64,000 bases of DNA from Bacteroidota bacterium (GTDB lineage: Bacteria > Bacteroidota > Bacteroidia > Bacteroidales > JAHJDW01). Under the pieces are notes generated by a model that did no database searches, was not told where the DNA came from, and saw nothing but the letters and a program-made list of their open reading frames with translations. Shown piece by piece: positions 57,064 to 64,000 of the stretch. Made by a program: the position numbers and the translations under genes. Numbering within the stretch: position 1 is the stretch's first letter; each line of letters starts with the position of its first letter. The DNA lies in NCBI GenBank assembly GCA_043800975.1, contig JAZDMK010000301.1, positions 1,309-65,308 on the forward strand, read 5' to 3'.

Positions 57064-57924
57064 TTAGTCAATGAGAGGGAAGCAAAAAGCATTTAAATCA
57101 GCACCAGAAAAAGAGAAATCGTTTTCAAGAAAACTATTGTCAGCAGGATTGAAAATACGGTACTTCATTTTTCTAAAAAAGCTTACAACTTCTTCAGCCG
57201 AAGTTCCAAGCTCTTTAAGATTCTTATCAATAATTTCAATAAACACAAAGGGTCGCGCATGCTCAATTATTACCTGAGCTCCAAGCAGAACTTTATACTC
57301 AAAACCCTCGACATCAATTTTAATCAAATTGGGTAAGGGAATTTGATTTGTTTTTACAAACTGATCCAATGAATAAACTTTTACTTCTTCAAAATCTCTG
57401 TTTTCGCATTCGTTTAATATTCTGTTCATTCCCCTGTTTCCCTTATCAAATGAATACAGTTTGAAAGTTCCTTCCTGATCTCCAAGAGCACACTGAAAGC
57501 AACTTAAGTTTGTAGCAGAATTCAAACGGATGTTGGTTTGAAGTTTCGAAAAATTAAAGGAATCCGGCTCAAATGCATACACATGGCCCTGAGGTGCGTA
57601 TTTTGAAAAGTTTAATGCAAGTTCTCCAATGTTGGCTCCTATATCGTAAATGATAAAATCATTTTTAATTTGTGAAAAAAGATGTTTTTTTTCTTTTTCA
57701 GCAAACCCAAAATACAGATACCAATCCATGAAGTCCGAAATATTCAGTTGGTAGTTGATTCCATTGCGCTTCACATTTCGGATACTATTTGTTTTGTAAA
57801 AATGATTGGGAGCAGGTATTCGTGTAGTAAAACCCCGGGAATCGGAATTCTTTGTAAATAATAGAATTATTTTCTCAAAGGGTGAAAAAGTAAAAAGCTT
57901 TCGTATGAGATTTTTAAAAATCAT
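57064..57924 (-). CDS. FkbM family methyltransferase
   Basis: DIGANIG, YAFEP, IKIDVEGFE. Confidence 0.93.
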   Translation of the reverse strand: MIFKNLIRKLFTFSPFEKIILLFTKNSDSRGFTTRIPAPNHFYKTNSIRNVKRNGINYQLNISDFMDWYLYFGFAEKEKKHLFSQIKNDFIIYDIGANIGELALNFSKYAPQGHVYAFEPDSFNFSKLQTNIRLNSATNLSCFQCALGDQEGTFKLYSFDKGNRGMNRILNECENRDFEEVKVYSLDQFVKTNQIPLPNLIKIDVEGFEYKVLLGAQVIIEHARPFVFIEIIDKNLKELGTSAEEVVSFFRKMKYRIFNPADNSFLENDFSFSGADLNAFCFPLID

Positions 57925-59051
57925 TTTTTAAATGTGTTATTATAAATCTCTAGATAACGTTGAAACATTAATTCAACATCAAAATACTTTAATGCCGTTT
58001 CGCGTGCTTTTGTTCCCATGCCGGAGTTGCAGTTCTCAATTACATAATTGATGCCCTCAGCGAGACTGACTGGATTATTTTCTTCAGCCAGGTAACCGTT
58101 TTCTTTATGAACAAAAACATCACGTGCACAACCACGGGCTGTTGATACAATACAAGTGCCGCTCATCATAGCTTCAGCTATCACAAACCCGAAAGCTTCA
58201 GACTGGGAAGTGTGAACCATGCAGCACATGACAGAGTATAGATTTGCGAGCGTTTGTTTGTCTACCCAACCTGTGATGATAAAATGATTTTCCAGTCCTT
58301 TATTCCGAATCATGGTTTTTAGTTCTTCTTTATAGTCGGGATCACCGGAACCAACAAAAACAAATAAAGCTTCAGGATGTTTAGAAATAACTTTTTCGGC
58401 TGCTTCAATAACAAGGTTGTTATTTTTTAGCGGAGTTAATCTGCCTACAGCCGCAACAATTTTTCGGTTATGCAGCCCAAATTTATCTTTTACAGCTTTA
58501 ATTTCTTCTTCTGAGCGTGAGTGAAAAACATTCGGGGAAATTCCCTGATGAACAACAATGACTTTCTCCGGGTTTGCTTTTTCATGATTAAGAATAAATT
58601 CTTTCGATTCTTCTGAAACTGCTACAATGACAGAAGCGTTGCGGTTATTAAACCGGTCGAATTTCATGATGCCCGGATTGTAATTGTAATGAATCCAGGT
58701 GTCTTGTTTGGTGACTGCCCGAACAGGAACTCCAGCCAGTTTAGCTGCAAATAATGAGGGTACAGCATCATCAAAAAGATGCGGATTGACAGCATCGGGC
58801 TTTATTCTGCGAAATATTCTGTATAATTTAAAGAAGGATGAAACCATACTTCTCTTCCTTTTGTTGCTGTCAAAATATACCCAAATGCAATCACAGCCGA
58901 GTTCTTCCATTTCGTCAAGCATAGCTGGCCTTTCTTTGTGCAGGGCAATGAAAGTCAGCTTAATGTCCGGATATTTTGATGTGAGCTCTGCAAACCATGT
59001 AAAGTAATGCACAGATGAATTGTTTGCCATTAATATTACAGCATGCGTCAT
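57921..59051 (-). CDS. Glycosyltransferase family 4
   Basis: VGRLTPLKN, SEAFGFVIAEAMMSG. Confidence 0.92.
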   Translation of the reverse strand: MTHAVILMANNSSVHYFTWFAELTSKYPDIKLTFIALHKERPAMLDEMEELGCDCIWVYFDSNKRKRSMVSSFFKLYRIFRRIKPDAVNPHLFDDAVPSLFAAKLAGVPVRAVTKQDTWIHYNYNPGIMKFDRFNNRNASVIVAVSEESKEFILNHEKANPEKVIVVHQGISPNVFHSRSEEEIKAVKDKFGLHNRKIVAAVGRLTPLKNNNLVIEAAEKVISKHPEALFVFVGSGDPDYKEELKTMIRNKGLENHFIITGWVDKQTLANLYSVMCCMVHTSQSEAFGFVIAEAMMSGTCIVSTARGCARDVFVHKENGYLAEENNPVSLAEGINYVIENCNSGMGTKARETALKYFDVELMFQRYLEIYNNTFKK

Positions 59052-60151
59052 GGTGTTAGCAGATTTTCAAGTTTAGAAATAAAATTTCCATAAGTATGTT
59101 CATGTGCAAAAGAAATTCTTTTTTTTGCAAAAATTTCTTCCTCACCGTTTTTCAAATAGTTTTCCAGAAGTGTTGTTGCATCTGAACTTTTTTTATACAT
59201 ATACAATTTGTCGGATGTGGAGTCGTAATCATTAAGTACAGGAGTGAAAACGGGTTTCCCCATGGCAAGATATTGCAGTATTTTATGATGATTTATTACA
59301 TTCCAGTAAAGGTCAGTAACCATGGGAGCAATACAAAAACGGGCATTACTGATATAATTTTTGAGTTGTTTGAAATGAACCGGAGGGATATAAATCAGAT
59401 TGGGATATTTTTTTTCAAGAAATAGTTTTGCAGGCAAAGGGTGCGATGCATTGAACGTTTGGCGGCCAACAAAAACAAAAGGAATATCTGGAAATTTTAT
59501 CAGCATTTGTTCAATAAGTGCATAATCAATCCGGAATGGGTCCAGATTACCAACATATAAACCATACTGCATGGAAGGTAAATCATGTTTGTATAGTTCA
59601 GGGGGGTCTGCAACAAACTCATCTTCGGATATTCCATGCGGTATAATATGCATGTCTTTTCCATAACGGCATAGTTTTTTTTCAAAATCACGGGAAACGA
59701 GAATAAGTGAATTGACATTAGAACAAAGTGACAAATACTCCTTTTTGTAATCATCAACGCAATGAAACAAGGAGTAAGTTGCACCAAAACTTTTAGGATC
59801 CGTAAGGCGGAGAGGGTCAAATGACCAAAAGATAAAATCAGAAAACTGAATAGATGAAAAATATTTTTTTAGTCTTGATTGAATACTTTCTTCATTGAGA
59901 CGAAAGAAAAAATCAGATTTGACTGCTGAGGGATATTTGTTCCTGTAAGAAATAACAGATAGGTTTGCTGTAATTTCAACAGAATTAATTTTTCGGTTAA
60001 AAAAATTTGAAGGTTTCCAGTTTGTAGGTGGGTTAACAAAGATAATTTTGTTTTTCCTGGATAATTCATAGGCCCAATTGTGTTTTGAATACCAGATATC
60101 ACCCCAGGGTTCATTGGAAACAATAACAATATTACGACCTTCCAGTTTCAC
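59048..60151 (-). CDS. Glycosyltransferase (GT-B, TuaH-like)
   Basis: SNEPWGDIWYSKH, CVDDY, KILQYLAMGKPV; GTG start. Confidence 0.8.
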   Translation of the reverse strand: MKLEGRNIVIVSNEPWGDIWYSKHNWAYELSRKNKIIFVNPPTNWKPSNFFNRKINSVEITANLSVISYRNKYPSAVKSDFFFRLNEESIQSRLKKYFSSIQFSDFIFWSFDPLRLTDPKSFGATYSLFHCVDDYKKEYLSLCSNVNSLILVSRDFEKKLCRYGKDMHIIPHGISEDEFVADPPELYKHDLPSMQYGLYVGNLDPFRIDYALIEQMLIKFPDIPFVFVGRQTFNASHPLPAKLFLEKKYPNLIYIPPVHFKQLKNYISNARFCIAPMVTDLYWNVINHHKILQYLAMGKPVFTPVLNDYDSTSDKLYMYKKSSDATTLLENYLKNGEEEIFAKKRISFAHEHTYGNFISKLENLLTP

Positions 60152-60163
60152 AATGTAAAGGTA

Positions 60164-61297
60164 TTATTTTTTCCGGTTTCTTCCTGTAATCCTCGATAGA
60201 GTCTCCAGAATCCTGAAATGACGCGTTAAATAGGATGGGTAATCGGTATGTTTTTTTATTGGCGCACGCATGATGCTTTCAAATTCTTCTTCGGTAAGAC
60301 CAAGTTTTTTAATCACATATTCTTTGTCGTCTTTCAGCATCTGCTCTTCATAAGGAGGCTTACTAATCATTTCCAGTGCTTCTTTACGGGAAATCTGTCC
60401 GGAACATACCATAGTAGAAAGATGAGCTTTTCGTTTGTCTATTCCAAACTTTACAGGCAAAATGTAACCCTGATAAAACCGGGTAAAAACGGACTCATAA
60501 TGCTTACCTCCATAATCTTTCCAATCAAAATCATCCATTAAAAGTTGTTTTGCTTCATTACGATGATACTTCGTGTAATTCAAAAGCTGAACGGTTTTAA
60601 TTTTCCCTGATTTTGCATTCACATACTGATCTTTGAAATTCCAGATCGGGTATGTTTTTCGTTTAAGTTTTCCAAAGCGATTGTGAATAGCTCGTATGTT
60701 TAATCCATCAAGTTTCCAGTGATACCAAGCTTCGGGGAGAATGCCTTCTGTGACTGTATTGTGACCGGTGATAACATGACGGATTTTAAACTTTCTGGCA
60801 GTTTTGTATAAAATTGCAACAATTGCCTGATCCGTAATTAACTCAATATCCAGAACAGATGCTCTCAGAAAAGACAACTGTATGTCCCGGAATTCTTCCC
60901 AGTCATTCACATATGTGTATAAATCTAAATCCAATCTATTCAGAACACCTTCAATATTTTTAACAGCTAATTCAGAGTTCCAGCCATTGTCGTAATGAAC
61001 GATTAGGGGTCTCAACCCGATTTTTTTTGTGAAATAGGCAAGGTATGTGCTGTCTACGCCACCACTGATTCCGCAAATGCAATCATATTGTTTTCCTTCT
61101 CCGGCTTTTTTAATTTCCTTAATTACGTCTTGAAGTCTTTCATCCTCTTTCTCTTCGGGAATATTTGTAACTGAATACATTTTTTCATACTCGTAGCAAA
61201 AGTTACAAATACCTTCGCTGTCAAAAGTTATGTCTTCTACATCGGACGTTGATAAAATACAACGTTTACAAATTTGGTATGGTTTGTCGGATTTCAG
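60164..61297 (-). CDS. N-acetyl sugar amidotransferase (WbuX-like, PP-loop), probable CTG start
   Basis: GISGGVDS, HYDNGWNSE, GGKHYES.FT, DKRKAHLS; the family N-terminus YQICKRC...ITFDSEGICNFC lies in frame upstream of the ORF-track ATG at 61180. Confidence 0.88.
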   Translation of the reverse strand: MKSDKPYQICKRCILSTSDVEDITFDSEGICNFCYEYEKMYSVTNIPEEKEDERLQDVIKEIKKAGEGKQYDCICGISGGVDSTYLAYFTKKIGLRPLIVHYDNGWNSELAVKNIEGVLNRLDLDLYTYVNDWEEFRDIQLSFLRASVLDIELITDQAIVAILYKTARKFKIRHVITGHNTVTEGILPEAWYHWKLDGLNIRAIHNRFGKLKRKTYPIWNFKDQYVNAKSGKIKTVQLLNYTKYHRNEAKQLLMDDFDWKDYGGKHYESVFTRFYQGYILPVKFGIDKRKAHLSTMVCSGQISRKEALEMISKPPYEEQMLKDDKEYVIKKLGLTEEEFESIMRAPIKKHTDYPSYLTRHFRILETLSRITGRNRKK

Positions 61298-61298
61298 A

Positions 61299-62243
61299 TT
61301 AAATAATTTTAATGATTGTGATGGGATAACGGAAAAGCGTTATAATTAAATTAAAAGCTTTAATAACTTTTCTCTTAAAAGTAATTGGATGTTTAATGAA
61401 TCGATGAGTATAGAAATCCAGATAGCGGAACAGTATGATACGGCTTACATTTTTGCTCATTGAGTTTTTGAGCATGAAATGGAAAAGTTTGCGAAACATG
61501 ATAACATTATAAAATCTGGTGATTTCCGTTCCTTCAGATGAAAGTGTAAAATTATCTTTGTGTACACCACGCATTGATACTGCTTTATCAAGTGTGCCCG
61601 GATATAATTTGCATTGATAGGAAAGTCTGTAGAAAAACTCGTTGTCTTCATTCCAGCGAAGATCAACATCAAATGCACCCACTCTTTCCAGAGCTTTTTT
61701 TGTGACAGTAAAACCGTCAAGATGAATCCATCCATGGGCGCCTTCAAACAATTTCTCAAACAATTCGGATGGTTTTAATGCATAAGTCATTGTGGTTAAC
61801 ATCAGGTTCGTGCCCGATGCTGTAGCCGATTTCATTCTTTCAACATGCTTCTGCATGCTTTGTTCGTCGTAGCTGAAGGTTCCTATAGCTTCATAAACAC
61901 CTTCCGCATCAGGAAAATTGTCAAATACTTTTTTTGTTTCAGAAAATCTTCCAGGCAAATAAAAATCGTCTGCATCAAGAAAGCTGATAAAAGGAAACGC
62001 TGCAAATTCAATTCCCCGGTTTCTTGTTATGTTGGCTCCATGATTTTTATTATCTGCATGGGTAAAAAAGCGAACATTTTCGAAACGAGCTTCGAGTTCA
62101 CGACTTATTTCTGCGGAATTGTCCTGAGACTTGTCGTCAACAAGAATTACCTCGCCGGTTTCAGGTTGTTCAAGCGCTGATAATACCGATTTCTCCAGAA
62201 ACTGGGATGCATTGTAAACCGGTATGATAACAGACACTTTCAT
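61299..62243 (-). CDS. Glycosyltransferase family 2
   Basis: VSVIIPVYN, LVDDKSQD, SFLDADD; TATATTTG at 62250-62257 just upstream. Confidence 0.93.
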   Translation of the reverse strand: MKVSVIIPVYNASQFLEKSVLSALEQPETGEVILVDDKSQDNSAEISRELEARFENVRFFTHADNKNHGANITRNRGIEFAAFPFISFLDADDFYLPGRFSETKKVFDNFPDAEGVYEAIGTFSYDEQSMQKHVERMKSATASGTNLMLTTMTYALKPSELFEKLFEGAHGWIHLDGFTVTKKALERVGAFDVDLRWNEDNEFFYRLSYQCKLYPGTLDKAVSMRGVHKDNFTLSSEGTEITRFYNVIMFRKLFHFMLKNSMSKNVSRIILFRYLDFYTHRFIKHPITFKRKVIKAFNLIITLFRYPITIIKII

Positions 62244-62320
62244 GATTTGCAAATATATTGGAATAATCGTAAGTGAAGTTGCGTATTTGTAAACAGAAGA
62301 ATCAAAAAGATAAAAAGAAG

Positions 62321-63070
62321 TTATTTTTTTGTAAAGTGGTAAAGCCCAAGAGCAAGCTTTTGTGTTTCATAGGCTGAAGCTTCTGCGAAGTATTCGGGTA
62401 CGTAACCGTCTTTAATAATTGAAAATTCTGTCAATTCAAGATTTTTTAAAATGTGAATCATATCTTCTGGGTGAAAAACACGATGGGCGTTGAATTCAAT
62501 GCGTGGCTGACCAACAGGGACTGTAATGTAAAGGTTTCCTTCGGGAGCCAGAACCCGCTGCAGTTCTTCGAGTGCTTTTATATGTCCGTCGGGCATTACA
62601 GGATCCCCATAGCGTCCAAGTCCTATATGTTCAATAACATGAAAAGTAGAGAGAGACTCGATGCTATTATCTTTAAAAGGGAGTTTCAGGATATCACCAA
62701 TTACAATTTTTAGATTCGGAATCTGAATATCTAGACTACGGTACTCAAGAAACTGTACCTCAGGAATCATTGTTGTCAAGCCAACCACAAAATTTAATTG
62801 AGAACCGATGTCAGTATGAAGTGAAGGTTTGTTTGATTGTATTCGGCTAAAGCCCCAATGATATTGATAAAGATAATGCCCGTCAATACCATGCTGGGTT
62901 GATTTTTCGTGAATTTTAGGAAGTGTGTGCTTACATTTTAATTTGGGCTTTCCGCTCTGCAGTTTTTTGAAACGTCGGTAATCACACCAGAATCGCCAGT
63001 ATCTAGGGATTGCCCGAATCATTTGAACAGGGTCGCAAAAAGCAGCTATATGATTTCGTATTGAACCCAT
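62321..63070 (-). CDS. DUF268-like SAM-dependent methyltransferase
   Basis: HTDIGS, LPFKDNSIESLS..HVIEHIGLGRYGDP, FNAHRVF. Confidence 0.85.
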   Translation of the reverse strand: MGSIRNHIAAFCDPVQMIRAIPRYWRFWCDYRRFKKLQSGKPKLKCKHTLPKIHEKSTQHGIDGHYLYQYHWGFSRIQSNKPSLHTDIGSQLNFVVGLTTMIPEVQFLEYRSLDIQIPNLKIVIGDILKLPFKDNSIESLSTFHVIEHIGLGRYGDPVMPDGHIKALEELQRVLAPEGNLYITVPVGQPRIEFNAHRVFHPEDMIHILKNLELTEFSIIKDGYVPEYFAEASAYETQKLALGLYHFTKK

Positions 63071-63074
63071 TTTT

Positions 63075-63860
63075 CTATGATTTTAAACGGGCGAAAATAT
63101 CGCCGTTGTTACGTCCCGTTGAACAATATTCAATTCTTGTGAGAAAAGCTTCCTTGTCAAGCCAGTCATTCTTTACAAATTCTATTTCACCTCCATGAAG
63201 TACATTGAATTGGTACGCTCCAATGCTACTGAGATGTTCAATGATTTTTAAAGTGTCAGAAAAGGCTTCTGTGGTAAATTCAAAAGAAATGAAAGGGATC
63301 TTTTTTGACAGCCCCTTGATGACATTTAGTTCAAAGCCTTCAACATCAATTTTGCAATAATCAGGACAGCCGTGGGATCCAATCAGCTGATCAAGAGTAA
63401 TGGTAGATATCTCACCAGCCTTATTCCATTGAGCTTTTCCAAAGCGTTCTGTTTCTTTTACCTGTTCAATCCAGTGTTTGGATAATGAAGATACAGTGTG
63501 ATTATCACTGACAAAAATTTCATGTTTACCTTCCTTTTCACTTACCGCTTTGGGTACTAAAATAAAATTTTTGTTTTTGCGAAATCGAATGTGAAGGTAC
63601 TGGCGACAGTATTTCTGGGGCTCTGCCGCAATTACACGACAGTTATTTTTTAAAAAGAGATCTGAGAAATCACCAATGTTTGCACCAACATCAAAAACCA
63701 AAGAATTCGGTTTTACAAGATTCCTATAGAAAGGCTCAAGGGGATGAACCTCAAGAGAAGTTTTTTGATTGAAGCGATAGTAATCAACTCTGGCTTCAAC
63801 ACTGAAAAATCGTAGTAAACGCCTGATAAATGTTTTCAAAAGTTTTTTTTTGGTTTGCAA
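63075..63860 (-). CDS. FkbM family methyltransferase
   Basis: FDVGANIG, AAEPQ, KIDVEGFE; true start possibly TTG 63839 because the listed TTG is part of TATATTTG. Confidence 0.92.
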   Translation of the reverse strand: MQTKKKLLKTFIRRLLRFFSVEARVDYYRFNQKTSLEVHPLEPFYRNLVKPNSLVFDVGANIGDFSDLFLKNNCRVIAAEPQKYCRQYLHIRFRKNKNFILVPKAVSEKEGKHEIFVSDNHTVSSLSKHWIEQVKETERFGKAQWNKAGEISTITLDQLIGSHGCPDYCKIDVEGFELNVIKGLSKKIPFISFEFTTEAFSDTLKIIEHLSSIGAYQFNVLHGGEIEFVKNDWLDKEAFLTRIEYCSTGRNNGDIFARLKS

Positions 63861-63894
63861 ATATAGAAAAAACGCTGTAAAGGATTATGCATTA

Positions 63895-63925
63895 TTTGAG
63901 CAACTTCTTTAAATGTATATCTTTG
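63895..63925 (+). promoter_or_regulatory. Bacteroidota housekeeping promoter
   Basis: TTTG 63895-63898, 19-nt spacer, TATCTTTG 63918-63925. Confidence 0.7.
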
Positions 63926-63941
63926 CAGAAAATTTCAGGTA

Positions 63942-64000
63942 TTGATAATCATAACTTACAAACCCGGCAGGCTGGCCAATCAGTTGTTTTATTTTACGCA
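63942..64000 (+). CDS. 5' start of a GT11 (alpha-1,2-fucosyltransferase-like) gene (partial)
   Basis: TTG start, MIIITYKPGRLANQLFYFT, resembling the GT11 G.LGNQ.F motif. Confidence 0.6.
   Translation, partial: MIIITYKPGRLANQLFYFT

Overview
Bacteroidota (Bacteroidales-like) chromosomal window, judged from T9SS C-terminal sorting domains, TAnnTTTG promoters and porT/porP/susD-type genes. It opens with the tail of a SusD-type locus and two secreted LamG proteins, one carrying a PNGase F-like domain. An energy-conservation block follows: an 11-subunit complex I operon without nuoEFG plus an extra 12th ORF, an rseC gene with an in-frame TAA at codon 6, an rnfBCDEA operon with no rnfG followed by a DHOD-like flavoprotein, and apbE. 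The middle holds housekeeping genes (radC, gluP, rpsT, tRNA-Glu, porT, menG, hldE-like kinase, aspartate aminotransferase, nadC, rlmH, rdgB, purD) and several T9SS cargo genes. The end is a surface-glycan locus with glycosyltransferases, three methyltransferases and a WbuX-like amidotransferase that probably starts at CTG. Features missed by the ORF track include two tandem paralogous 57-58 aa cationic lipopeptide genes with a conserved 'RCY' motif and a dispersed set of 7/8/9-mer periodic repeats. These repeats sit just behind stop codons, pile up in two intergenic mosaics, and in one case lie in-frame inside a T9SS signal. All calls come from motif reading only; no searches were run.
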